The position numbers were made by a program, and so were the translations under genes. From an uncultured bacterium (GTDB taxonomy: Bacteria; Zixibacteria; MSB-5A5; CAIYYT01): 64,000 bases of DNA. The DNA lies in assembly GCA_963726455.1 (NCBI GenBank), contig CAVSCK010000004.1:288001-352000 (forward strand). Direction: 5' to 3'. Positions 18,196 through 27,983 of the stretch are shown here, piece by piece. Every line of letters begins with the position of its first letter. The stretch's first letter is position 1. Under the pieces are notes generated by a model, which saw only the letters and a list, made by a program, of their open reading frames with translations, did not search any database and was not told the origin of the DNA.

Positions 18196-20831
18196 TTATG
18201 TCCAGGAAGACTGCCCACAATTCCGTGCAAGTACCTTCCGCCAATGACGTGGCTGCGCAAATAGAACAGCTTTATGCCACCGGTGATTTCAATGCCTGCT
18301 ATACGGCTTCGCAACAGCTTGCGACTGCCAACAAGGATAGTTGGAACAACGCTCCGGAAAACATGCTCAAGTGCGCGGCGTGGTCCGCATACCGCACTCA
18401 ACACTTCAGTTCCGCATCAGAATGGCTGAAAGCGCTAACTGATCGTGGCGCCGATGATGATCTGAAACTGCTTACGTCTTTGCTTCACTTTGAATACCGT
18501 GAGTACGCCGACTGTATCGCCGTCGGGACCGACTTGGTCGAACGAGACAAACTCGCGGTAGTCTGCAAACGTCATCCCGAGTCGGTGTCGCTCAAGTGCC
18601 GCTTCCTCAATTCTCTTGGGCTGGCTCACTACAACACCGGCGATGTCAAGAAGGCCGATAATCTTTTCGCTTGGGCGCAACGAATCAATCCCAATTCGCC
18701 TGAGTCCTACATCAACCTCGCCATATCGAGAGGACGGCGGGGTGACATGGACGGCAAGCGCCGGGCAATTTCTGAAGGTCTGGTGCATTGCGCACATAAA
18801 GACGACCTGCAGAAACTGGCCGGGGAATTTCTCGGCGACGAGACCATCTCGCTGTGCATGATCGTCAAAAACGAAGAGAAGATGCTGCCGCAGTGTCTCG
18901 AAAGCGTCAGTGATCTGGTCGATGAGATTGTCGTAGTCGACACCGGCTCCGAGGATCGTACCGTCGAAATCGCCAGGCAATTTGGCGCCCGCGTTTTCCA
19001 TCACCCTTGGCAAGACGATTTCTCCTTGCATCGAAACCAATCGCTCGGCTATGCGACCTGCGACTGGATATTGATCATGGATGCCGATGAAGTGCTCGTA
19101 AAAAATGACCACGACAAGCTGCGTCAGGCAACGCGCATTCCCGATATGAACGTAATATCGCTCTCGGTGCACAATCAACACCTGCGCACCGGTGACTTTA
19201 CGTCATTCCTGCCCTCGGTGCGCTTGTGGCGACGGAAATTGAATGCGCATTATGAAGGAATCGTACACAACGAACTGCGCCTGCCTGTCTCCGAGCCGGT
19301 CTTGCGTGCCGATATCCGCCTGATTCACTATGGATACGGCCTTGACTGGGAAATGATGACGAAGAAGATCGCTCGCAGCAAGACGCTGTTATTGAAACAA
19401 CTCGCAGATAATCCCGATAACGCCTTCGCCAATTTCAACTACTCACAGATTCTTCGGGGTGAGCATAAGACTCCGCCAGCCGAAGTCTGTCGCGAGATTC
19501 TCGATCACTCAGGCCGCGCCGTGAATAACAGCGACCCTGAGAAGGCCGGCCAGCGTCATATCCACCTGATGGCTCTGGATCAGATGGCGTCTGCCTACTT
19601 CTATCTCAGAGAATTCGACAATGCGGAACGTGTCGCTCTCCAGGCGCTGGAGCTTGAACCGTCATATCTTGACGCGCTGTTCGCGCTCGGAAACATCTTT
19701 GCCGGCAAGCGTGACTTTGCGCGCGCCATTCCCGCGTATCAGAACTACATCGCGGCCGCGGACAAATACAACCCCGGTGACGAAACGCAGAATCTGATTC
19801 TGATTCATGCCGGGGATCAGGCAGCGGCCTATTTCAGTCTGGGGCTAGTGTACGAGGAAATGCAGCAGGGGCCGGAAGCGATTGCGAGTTTCAACGAGAT
19901 ATTCCGTTACCGCCAGGACTATAGCGATGTCCTCACTCATTTGGCCATGTTGAAGCATCGCGCGGGAGATTTTGAATCTGCCCACGATTACGCCGTGAAG
20001 CGCGTGGCGGCAGACGACTCCGACCTTACCGCTCGCAGCATCCTGGCCGATATATACCGACGCCAGGGGCATTTAGGCGACGCGCGAACACAATGCCAAT
20101 ACATGCTCGACAAGGATTCGACTAACAGGTTGGCTCTCGACATGTTGGTGCAAATCGAAAGACAGGCAGGGGATCTGGAGTCCGCACTGGTCTGGATAGA
20201 TCGCAGTCTCGCGGCCTCTCCCGACGATTACCAACCCTGTTTCACCAAGGCCGAAATTCTGATGGGTCTCGCGAAATACAGCGATGCCATCAGCATTTAC
20301 GAAGCCATGGAGAAGCGCTCGCCTGACGACGCCGAAATCGCAAACAATCTCGGCAACTGCTATTTCAAATTACAGAATCTTGAAAACGCAGTCCGCTGCT
20401 ACAGCCGCGCCTTGTCGATTGAGCCGCAGATGGTCATTGCACTCCGCAATCTTGGCTATACCTATTTCAGGAATGGCGATCACGCGGACGCCGTACGCAA
20501 GCTCTCCAACTATCTCGACTACGTGCCGGAGGATTTCGACATACTCTATCTGGTCTCACGGCTCTATTTCGAGCTTACGGAATATGCGGACGCATTGCGC
20601 TACGTAGAGAGGTGCGTCATGCTGCAGCCGCAATCTGCCGAGCTGATCTCATTCCTTGCCGACTGCTATCTCAAGCTCGGACATGTCGACAGCGCCCAGC
20701 TTGGCTATCAACGGGCGCTTGCCATCGATCCTGCTTACATTCCGGCGAAAGCTATGCTTGATGAGATACGGGGACTATCGGCCACGTCCGCGGCTCTGTC
20801 TCGACTCGCCAAGCAGGGAGCCACTACATGA
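18192..20831 (+). CDS. TPR-rich GT2 glycosyltransferase (architecture like GmaR/CD0240 flagellin glycosyltransferases)
   Basis: ISLCMIVKNEE, VVVDTGSED.T, WQDDFS..RN, DADE (DxD), HYGY; many TPRs on both sides. Confidence 0.88.
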   Translation: MIMSRKTAHNSVQVPSANDVAAQIEQLYATGDFNACYTASQQLATANKDSWNNAPENMLKCAAWSAYRTQHFSSASEWLKALTDRGADDDLKLLTSLLHFEYREYADCIAVGTDLVERDKLAVVCKRHPESVSLKCRFLNSLGLAHYNTGDVKKADNLFAWAQRINPNSPESYINLAISRGRRGDMDGKRRAISEGLVHCAHKDDLQKLAGEFLGDETISLCMIVKNEEKMLPQCLESVSDLVDEIVVVDTGSEDRTVEIARQFGARVFHHPWQDDFSLHRNQSLGYATCDWILIMDADEVLVKNDHDKLRQATRIPDMNVISLSVHNQHLRTGDFTSFLPSVRLWRRKLNAHYEGIVHNELRLPVSEPVLRADIRLIHYGYGLDWEMMTKKIARSKTLLLKQLADNPDNAFANFNYSQILRGEHKTPPAEVCREILDHSGRAVNNSDPEKAGQRHIHLMALDQMASAYFYLREFDNAERVALQALELEPSYLDALFALGNIFAGKRDFARAIPAYQNYIAAADKYNPGDETQNLILIHAGDQAAAYFSLGLVYEEMQQGPEAIASFNEIFRYRQDYSDVLTHLAMLKHRAGDFESAHDYAVKRVAADDSDLTARSILADIYRRQGHLGDARTQCQYMLDKDSTNRLALDMLVQIERQAGDLESALVWIDRSLAASPDDYQPCFTKAEILMGLAKYSDAISIYEAMEKRSPDDAEIANNLGNCYFKLQNLENAVRCYSRALSIEPQMVIALRNLGYTYFRNGDHADAVRKLSNYLDYVPEDFDILYLVSRLYFELTEYADALRYVERCVMLQPQSAELISFLADCYLKLGHVDSAQLGYQRALAIDPAYIPAKAMLDEIRGLSATSAALSRLAKQGATT

Positions 20832-21895
20832 CCGGTCCAGCTATCGGCGCTCTCGATCGCGATTTCGTCAACGAAGTTCTCAGCACCCGCGACCATCACG
20901 TTCAAAATTCCCTGAGCTGGTTCGATTTTTTGAAGGATTATTCCGGCGAAACTGATTGCTCGTCAACTTTCTTTGTTGAGGGCAAGCCCGTCGGATTCGT
21001 TCTGGCGCTGCAATACAAGAATCTGATTCAATCACTGCCGTATCCGGCAAGTTATTCAGGTGTCTGTTTTCTTCCCGAGATAAGGAGAGACGTGCGCTGC
21101 GCAGTGGTACAGGAATTGTTTAAACATTATGCCGATCGTGCCGACGCGTTCACGCTATGTACTTCGCCGTTCTTCGGCGATGGTGATCTTTGCGAGGAAC
21201 AATTCGACTATGCCGTCGGCAATCGGATTCTGTTCATCGACCTCAGCCGTCCGCTGCTCACCGGAACGAACTCGAAATTTAGAAACAATCTGAAACGTAA
21301 TCTGCGCAAGGCCAAGGATGCGGGCGTCGTCCTGTATCGGTCAAATGATGAAGCGACGTTGAAGGAGTGGCACGGCGTCTATGAGAAACGAATGGCAGAA
21401 CTAGATGCGCCGACACTCGACTATGCCTACTTCGCGGCCATGAGACGGCACCTCGCGGCAGATAATCAGTTTGAACTGTTTAACGCGAGAATCGGCGGTC
21501 GTTACCTCGGCGGGATTATCATTGTTCACAACAAATTCTGCGCTGACTACTACCTTAGCGTCTTCGACCGCGATTGCGACGACACGCAGGCAAGTACCTG
21601 TCTATTTCATGAAGCGCTTGCGTGGGCGAAGGAGCAGAGGATACACATATTTAACCTGCAAGCGTCGCCGGCGAGCCAGACAGCACTATACGAATTCAAG
21701 AAGTCCTGGGGCGCCGTCGCCGGAAGTCATCAGTACCTGGTGAAAATTCTGAAGAATAAAGACGCGCTTCTGCGCCAATCAGCTGAACAAATCAAACGCG
21801 AGTACCGCTTCCACTTTCTGTTACCGTTTGAAGCGCTTGCCGCAACCAATAATACCGCCATGAATGAACGCAAACACCTGCAACCGAGCAGATGA
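20828..21895 (+). CDS. FemAB-like / GNAT (Acetyltransf_6-type) acyltransferase
   Basis: SKFRNNLKRNLRKAKDAGV and ...LYEFKKSWGA motifs of FemAB-like GNAT proteins. Confidence 0.72.
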   Translation: MTGPAIGALDRDFVNEVLSTRDHHVQNSLSWFDFLKDYSGETDCSSTFFVEGKPVGFVLALQYKNLIQSLPYPASYSGVCFLPEIRRDVRCAVVQELFKHYADRADAFTLCTSPFFGDGDLCEEQFDYAVGNRILFIDLSRPLLTGTNSKFRNNLKRNLRKAKDAGVVLYRSNDEATLKEWHGVYEKRMAELDAPTLDYAYFAAMRRHLAADNQFELFNARIGGRYLGGIIIVHNKFCADYYLSVFDRDCDDTQASTCLFHEALAWAKEQRIHIFNLQASPASQTALYEFKKSWGAVAGSHQYLVKILKNKDALLRQSAEQIKREYRFHFLLPFEALAATNNTAMNERKHLQPSR

Positions 21896-22929
21896 CAAGG
21901 GCGAATATGATAAGCAACAAGACAATCTTCATCACCGGCGGCGCCGGATTCATCGGTTCGGCATTGGCCGAGCGGCTCGTCAACGATAATCAAATTATCA
22001 TCTACGATAATTTCCGCCGCAACTCACTGACCCGCAAGCCGGAATTGGCCAATCACCCTAACGTGTCAATTGTGCAGGGAGATATTCTGGATTGCGAGTC
22101 GCTGCAAAGCGCCCTCGATTCAGCGAACCTGGTGATTCATGCGGCCGCGATCGCCGGCGTGGATACGGTAATGCGTGATCCGGTGACGACTATGGAAGTC
22201 AACGTCATCGGTACGTACAATGTCTATCGCGCCTGCTTGCAAGCAGCGCGTTCGCTGGAACGCATCATCGATTTCTCGACCAGTGAGATTTTCGGCGCCT
22301 ACGCTTATAAAGTCACGGAGGAAAAACTCAAGCCCGTGCTCACGGTGGGCGAGGCACGCTGGTCCTATGCGATCAGCAAACTTGCCGGAGAGTTCTTTGC
22401 GAACAGCTTCTACGTGAAGTATGGCCTGCCCATCGTTTGCGTGAGGCCATTCAATATCTATGGTCCGGGGCAGGTTGGCGAAGGCGCGATACATCACTTC
22501 GTCGTAAATGCCTTGCGAAACAAGGACCTCACGATTCACCAGGACGGTTCGCAGATCAGAGCTTGGTGCTATATAGATGATATAATTGATGCGCTCGTGG
22601 AAATCCTCGGCAACAGCCGTTCCAACGGGAACGCCTTCAATATCGGCAATCCCAAGAGCACGCTGACAATCTATCATCTCGCTCGCGAAATCGTGCGGCT
22701 GTCCGGGTCCAAGTCACAAATTGTGTTTCAGGAGCGTAATTCGCCCGACGTCGAAATCCGCATACCGGATATCAACAAGGCCAAAGAGATCCTCAACTTC
22801 CGGCCACAGGTCGAACTTGAGGAAGGCCTATTGCGGACGATTGACTGGTATCGCGAGAAAATGCGGCTGGAAGATAACATGCTGGCGCTGCCGGTAACCT
22901 TGCGGCGAGGCCTCGAGTATGTGCGCTAA
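21892..22929 (+). CDS. NAD-dependent NDP-sugar epimerase/dehydratase (extended SDR)
   Basis: ITGGAGFIGS, STSE, YAISK (YxxxK), RPFNIYGPGQ, DGSQIR. Confidence 0.92.
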   Translation: MTRANMISNKTIFITGGAGFIGSALAERLVNDNQIIIYDNFRRNSLTRKPELANHPNVSIVQGDILDCESLQSALDSANLVIHAAAIAGVDTVMRDPVTTMEVNVIGTYNVYRACLQAARSLERIIDFSTSEIFGAYAYKVTEEKLKPVLTVGEARWSYAISKLAGEFFANSFYVKYGLPIVCVRPFNIYGPGQVGEGAIHHFVVNALRNKDLTIHQDGSQIRAWCYIDDIIDALVEILGNSRSNGNAFNIGNPKSTLTIYHLAREIVRLSGSKSQIVFQERNSPDVEIRIPDINKAKEILNFRPQVELEEGLLRTIDWYREKMRLEDNMLALPVTLRRGLEYVR

Positions 22930-23947
22930 ACCGGTGAAGATCGTGTTGCCAAAGCAGGAGTACGGATTTCCTTCTGCGGCAGACCGTGCTTTTCCCAATA
23001 TGGTGCATCTCGATCTGATCAATGTCTGCAACATGCGTTGCGTACATTGTCCGCAGAGTAATATTCAGGAACACGTGCCGGATTACCAGCCCAACCAGCT
23101 CGATTTCGATTTGTTCAGGAAGATCATTGACGAAGTCGCCGAGCACGGCGCCACCTTGCGCATCACGTGTGACGGCGAACCGTTTCTGTACAAGCAGATT
23201 ATTGAGGCAATAAAATACATCAAGTCCGCCGGCGTCGCATGCGCGACTATTACGACAAACGGAAGTGTCATGACGCCGCCTATGAGCGAGGCAATTCTAT
23301 CGCCATCCGAAACTAAGCTGGTCGTTGACTTCAGTCTTGACGCCTTCTATGAGCCAAGCTATCGCAAGATTCGGCTGCGAGGCAATTTCGCCGGAGTCTA
23401 CGGCAATGTCTTTCACCTGCTGAAGAACAAGAAGCGTAACCCGAATCTTAGAATCGTCGTCAACATGATTGACCAGGATCTGCTGGAAGACGGCGAGGTT
23501 GATGCATTCCGCAAATTTTGGTCCGCTTTGGCTGACGACGTTGTGATTCGAACGTACTTGAACGTTAAAAACATGGTAAATGCCTCCGATTTGAGAATGA
23601 GCGCTGATCAACAGCGCTGGCCCTGTTCGCTGTTATGGAACCGTATGGCCATCAGTTCCTACGGGCGTCCGCGGTTCTGTGTCGCCGATTGGCGCGAACA
23701 GGCGGCATTTCGCGACTATGATCTACGTCATAATTCCATCAAGGAGTTATGGCAGTCGCAAGGTTACGAGCAACTGCGCTTTACGCATCTGCAGCGTGAT
23801 TTTGCCAATATCGGTATTTGCGAACAGTGCACCGACTGGTTCGGTCTTAAGTGGGGCTATGACTACAAGGTTGTAATCGATCGGCTATTTCGACCGGAAA
23901 CCTCTCCTTTGACTGCAAGGACATTGTCGCATGCAACAGCAACCTGA
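22919..23947 (+). CDS. Radical SAM enzyme with a SPASM/twitch auxiliary domain
   Basis: CNMRCVHC (CxxxCxxC), GEP, TTNG; C-terminal PC...FC...CEQC. Confidence 0.9.
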   Translation: MCAKPVKIVLPKQEYGFPSAADRAFPNMVHLDLINVCNMRCVHCPQSNIQEHVPDYQPNQLDFDLFRKIIDEVAEHGATLRITCDGEPFLYKQIIEAIKYIKSAGVACATITTNGSVMTPPMSEAILSPSETKLVVDFSLDAFYEPSYRKIRLRGNFAGVYGNVFHLLKNKKRNPNLRIVVNMIDQDLLEDGEVDAFRKFWSALADDVVIRTYLNVKNMVNASDLRMSADQQRWPCSLLWNRMAISSYGRPRFCVADWREQAAFRDYDLRHNSIKELWQSQGYEQLRFTHLQRDFANIGICEQCTDWFGLKWGYDYKVVIDRLFRPETSPLTARTLSHATAT

Positions 23948-26357
23948 GATCGTTATCTACGCCCGGGATTCGCAAATTCACGAATTCCTGGAACCGTATA
24001 TCAGCGCTTCCGAGCAGCAGGGCAAACTACGTTTTCTGTCGGAACAATCCATTACCGAAGACTCTGTGGGACGGCACCTGGCGTCCGGCAAGGTGGTTTG
24101 GTTTGACGGGTTCAACCAGGAATTGGTTGATCTGACCGACCGACGCCGAGTTGATGATGGTTTGGTAATTTGCCGCATACGCGGTACTGAGTTTCTTGAC
24201 ACCGCCGTTGAGGACTGTCGCTGGGAATTCTTTGATCGGATTGTTGTTGCCAATAAGTTGACCGCAGAGATTTTGCGAGATCGCTTCGACAGAATTGACT
24301 CGCATTGCCGGATTGACATTCTGCCACCGGCAGTCATACTGCCTGATATCGAAGTCCGCAACAAGCCAAAGACCAAGCGCATTGCTTACCTCGGCCCGAT
24401 CTCGTCTACTCAGAATGCTCAACTGTTGCTGCAGTGCCTGTCGGCTGCTCGTCATCAACATGGTGACTGGAGCATGCATATCATCGGCGAATTCGACACG
24501 ATGTCATTGCGCATTTATTTCGAACAAATGATTTCAGCCATGAATCTCGCCGGCCGCATCGAGTTCAACCCCTCAGACACCAACCTGACCGACTGGTTCT
24601 CAGACAAGAGCTACTTTCTCGCTCCATTCGCATATTCCGGTTATGAAACCCGGGTTTACGAAGCGATGGCTCACGGCCTGAAGCCGGTCGTGCACAACTT
24701 TGTTGGCGCGGCACAGATGTTCGAGGCGAAGTATCTGTTTAACTCCGTCCGGGAATTCTGTACGCTGGTGGTAGGAAACGGACTTCGGCCGCAGGAGTAT
24801 CGCAAATTCGTCGGCGAAAACTACGATGTCAAGACGCTTTTGCCGACATTCCAGGAAACCGTGGCCAAACCGCGCTTTACCGGCGAACTGCCGAAAGTGA
24901 GCGTCCTGGTTCCGACCTACAATCGCGCCGAGCTGCTTGAGCGGTTGCTCAGCCGGCTGAACCGGCAAACGTACGCTAATCGGGAAATCGTCGTTGTCGA
25001 TGATTGTTCGTCGGATAACACGAGTGACGTAGTCCAACGCTTGATGCCATCGCGCCCTGACATCATCTATTACCGCAATGAAGTCAATCAGGGTAATGCG
25101 GCAACTACGGGAATCGCGGCTCAGAAGGCGACCGGCGATTACCTGATCAATTGCAGTGATGATGATTTGCTCGACGACGACGCGTTACTCAAGTTTGTCC
25201 ACCACGCTCGGCGGAAAAATGCCGACGTGGTCTATTCCGACCTCATGGTTGTGGACGGCGCCGGTAATCCTACCAGCTTGTGGGAATATCGCGACTATTA
25301 CAGCAACTATGAGCTCTTGCGAGCCCTTATCGACAAGGGCGGCAATCTGATTCCCGAAGTGTTCATGGTGAAACGCGAATTGTTCGAGAAGCTATATAAT
25401 GAGACCTATGCCAGGCGTTTTCTGAATACCTACTACCTGCCGACATTACGCAGCATAACTATGTCGCATCTGCCACAGCCGTTATACCATTACACCGTCC
25501 ATCAGGGAAGTACCTTCAGTTCTGCTGTGGGGCTTTTCGACCGCTGCAAATCGACTCAGAATTTCATCAACGCGGCGATGTTTATGTATTCTCCGGTCGC
25601 AGTCTTTGGCGATGCTGAAGACGGCGCGCCTGCAGAACAAGTGGCACGTGCTTATTCCAAAGTGGCGCTTACACTGGTCGAACATGGCAAAAGCTACTTT
25701 TCGGGCAAGATCTATACCGGCGCTCAGTATGATCACGAGGACAATCTCTTCGCGCCTTATTTTCACACGGCCTACCATTGGCTGGAGATGGCGCGGCGAT
25801 ATGGCCTTGAGTCTTCCGAATACGAACGGCTGCTGCATGTCATAGTGGCAATCATGAATCCGCGCGAATTTGACCCCGTCAAAAATGCCAACATGCCGGC
25901 GGTCTACAGCCGACTGCCTTGGTTTGCCAATATGCCTTTTAATAACCTCTCGCAATTTGTCGCCCTTGATATCGTAACCATTGGCGACTCTGCTGCACTT
26001 GGGGAGGATTCCTACTCCATCTATAATGAAGGCAAAGCGCATATCAGCGTCTGCAATTATCCCTTGAGTGATACCTCGCACCTGGACAGGATAATGTCGT
26101 CCAACGTTATCACTGTCATCAATCTCTTCGACCGCATGGCCATCGAGCCGATGTTGCGCTATCTGGCTGAACGCCAGTTGTACAGCGTCTACGTCATGAA
26201 TTTCACGAATTTCGCGATCCCGCCAATGGAGATGCTCCGGAACGTAAACAATGTGAACCGGTGTGCAGTTGATACGTTCGAACAATACCTTGAGTTACTT
26301 ACCAAAATTACAACCACCGAGCATTATGCGCATCCCCATCTGCAAACCGTTTCTTGA
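23931..26357 (+). CDS. Bifunctional glycosyltransferase: GT4-like + GT2 + unknown C-terminal domain
   Basis: N-terminal part resembles the GT4 domain at 16597. Central PKVSVLVPTYNRA...VVVDDCSSDNT...SDDD. Confidence 0.82.
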   Translation: MQQQPEIVIYARDSQIHEFLEPYISASEQQGKLRFLSEQSITEDSVGRHLASGKVVWFDGFNQELVDLTDRRRVDDGLVICRIRGTEFLDTAVEDCRWEFFDRIVVANKLTAEILRDRFDRIDSHCRIDILPPAVILPDIEVRNKPKTKRIAYLGPISSTQNAQLLLQCLSAARHQHGDWSMHIIGEFDTMSLRIYFEQMISAMNLAGRIEFNPSDTNLTDWFSDKSYFLAPFAYSGYETRVYEAMAHGLKPVVHNFVGAAQMFEAKYLFNSVREFCTLVVGNGLRPQEYRKFVGENYDVKTLLPTFQETVAKPRFTGELPKVSVLVPTYNRAELLERLLSRLNRQTYANREIVVVDDCSSDNTSDVVQRLMPSRPDIIYYRNEVNQGNAATTGIAAQKATGDYLINCSDDDLLDDDALLKFVHHARRKNADVVYSDLMVVDGAGNPTSLWEYRDYYSNYELLRALIDKGGNLIPEVFMVKRELFEKLYNETYARRFLNTYYLPTLRSITMSHLPQPLYHYTVHQGSTFSSAVGLFDRCKSTQNFINAAMFMYSPVAVFGDAEDGAPAEQVARAYSKVALTLVEHGKSYFSGKIYTGAQYDHEDNLFAPYFHTAYHWLEMARRYGLESSEYERLLHVIVAIMNPREFDPVKNANMPAVYSRLPWFANMPFNNLSQFVALDIVTIGDSAALGEDSYSIYNEGKAHISVCNYPLSDTSHLDRIMSSNVITVINLFDRMAIEPMLRYLAERQLYSVYVMNFTNFAIPPMEMLRNVNNVNRCAVDTFEQYLELLTKITTTEHYAHPHLQTVS

Positions 26358-27555
26358 CGAGACGGAAGTCGAGGCCGTCGCCGGCGTAGTCCGTTCGGGC
26401 TGGCTGATGCAGGGGCCGCAAGTGCAACGGTTCGAGGAAGCGTTCCGGAACTACGTCGGGTCAAATTACGCTGTCGCCGTGTCTTCTTGTTCCACAGCGC
26501 TCCATCTTGCAATGCGTTTGTGTGATATTCGTCCCGGCGATGAAGTGATCGTCCCTTCGTTCACCTGGATTGCCACTGCCGCCGCGATAGAAGCGTGTGG
26601 CGCTCACCCGGTCTTCTGCGACATCAGACCCGAAACGTATAACATTGATCCCGACCTGATCGAATCGCTCATTACTCCGCGCACGCGCGCCGTCGTAGCG
26701 GTCAACCTGTTTGGCCTGGCTGCCGAACTGCCGCGTATCGCACAGATCGCTCACAAACTTGGCATCTACCTGATCGAGGACTCCGCGTGTTCGTTAGGCG
26801 CAACTATCGGTGATCGACCTTCCGGAACCTTCGGGCGGATCGGCTGCTTCTCATTCCATCCGCGCAAATCAATCACGACAGGTGAGGGGGGAATGCTGGT
26901 CGGCGCCTGCGGGCAAGATGGCGATCGTCTGCGTTCGCTGCGATCGCACGGCTATTCCATTCAGTCCACTGTGCCTTCGCAAGAAAATCGCCCGTACGAT
27001 CTCGGAGACTTCGATGAACTCGGCTACAACTACCGAATGACAGATATTCAGGCGGCGATTGGAGTGGCACAGATGAGCAAGCTGGACTATATCATAAGCA
27101 GGCGCCGCGCAATCGCCGATTTGTATTCAAGCGCTTTTTCCGGCCTGGATAACGTAGCCCTTACAATCGAACCGGCCGGCTACAAACACACATACCAATC
27201 ATATGTAGTCAGAATCATTCCGGATCGTATTACCGGAAATGAACATTCCGAACAGTCGCGTCGGAACCAAGTCATGCTGCAATTACAGAAGGACGGTATT
27301 GCCACGCGGTCCGGCACTCACGCCGTGCACGCGCTCAGTTATTACAGATCCAAGTACGGTCTGACGAATGAGTCTTGTCCGAATGCGTTTCGAGCGATGC
27401 TTGACACAATTGCTTTGCCTCTCTATCCAAGCATGTCGGATTCCGAAGTCACCTATGTGGTAGAGAAGTTCAAATCGGCGCTAGCACCAACACACAGGGG
27501 AAGATTGTTGGAACATTCCGCAGTGGCCAGCCAAGAGCGACCTTGCTTGAGGTAA
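26326..27555 (+). CDS. DegT/DnrJ/EryC1/StrS PLP-dependent sugar aminotransferase
   Basis: SGWL..GP.V..FE, SSCSTALH, IEDSA, FSFHPRKSITTGEGG, GYNYRMTDIQAAIG. Start moved to ATG 26326. Confidence 0.93.
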   Translation: MRIPICKPFLDETEVEAVAGVVRSGWLMQGPQVQRFEEAFRNYVGSNYAVAVSSCSTALHLAMRLCDIRPGDEVIVPSFTWIATAAAIEACGAHPVFCDIRPETYNIDPDLIESLITPRTRAVVAVNLFGLAAELPRIAQIAHKLGIYLIEDSACSLGATIGDRPSGTFGRIGCFSFHPRKSITTGEGGMLVGACGQDGDRLRSLRSHGYSIQSTVPSQENRPYDLGDFDELGYNYRMTDIQAAIGVAQMSKLDYIISRRRAIADLYSSAFSGLDNVALTIEPAGYKHTYQSYVVRIIPDRITGNEHSEQSRRNQVMLQLQKDGIATRSGTHAVHALSYYRSKYGLTNESCPNAFRAMLDTIALPLYPSMSDSEVTYVVEKFKSALAPTHRGRLLEHSAVASQERPCLR

Positions 27556-27723
27556 ATTCGATCACTTTCCTCACACGCAAATGGGGACCCTTCAAACCCT
27601 CGGTGGATTATGGACTTATGCGACACCGTCGTTTCGCAGGCGCCTGCTTCAAAACAGCACGCTGGTCTAAAGTCGGCGGCAATCTTGACGAAAAGTTAAT
27701 AGAGAGAACCTTGGATTTGTCGG

Positions 27724-27751
27724 TAAAGCATTAAGCAATTGTTACCGATAA
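27724..27751 (+). promoter_or_regulatory. sigma28 (FliA) promoter of the flagellin gene
   Basis: TAAA-N16-ACCGATAA. A second candidate, TAAA-N15-GACGAAAA, lies at 27668-27694. Confidence 0.7.
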
Positions 27752-27941
27752 AGTTAAAGAATATTAGGAGGGTGCAAATACAACCTGAAATCACGAAGAG
27801 AGAAGGAGGACTTTACTAATTATATGTGCTACTCACTGATCGGGGTAGTTCAGTGTAACCTACGCGGTCAGGGGGTCGAAGTTGCTCAGACCCCGGCAGA
27901 CATTGGACGTGGCTAAACTGTGCGAGCAGTAGAAGGACAAA

Positions 27942-27977
27942 GTCGGTAAGGAATCCGACAGGGACATTCAAGGAGGA
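27942..27977 (+). promoter_or_regulatory. CsrA-binding sites in the flagellin leader
   Basis: Hairpin GTCGG-TAAGGAAT-CCGAC with AAGGA in the loop, followed by AGGGA and an AAGGAGGA RBS. csrA and fliW are in the same cluster. Confidence 0.65.
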
Positions 27978-27983
27978 TTTGCA

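Noticed and set aside
27716-27752. Invertible promoter (Hin/fim-type switch)
   Set aside because: The arms enclose only 15 bp and there is no recombinase gene in the window.
27895-27960. c-di-GMP-I riboswitch in the flagellin leader (GGCTAAAC...GGACAAAG resembles GGCAAACC...GGACGCAAAG)
   Set aside because: There is no GNRA-capped P2 stem or tetraloop receptor. The segment is better explained by CsrA-type GGA hairpins.
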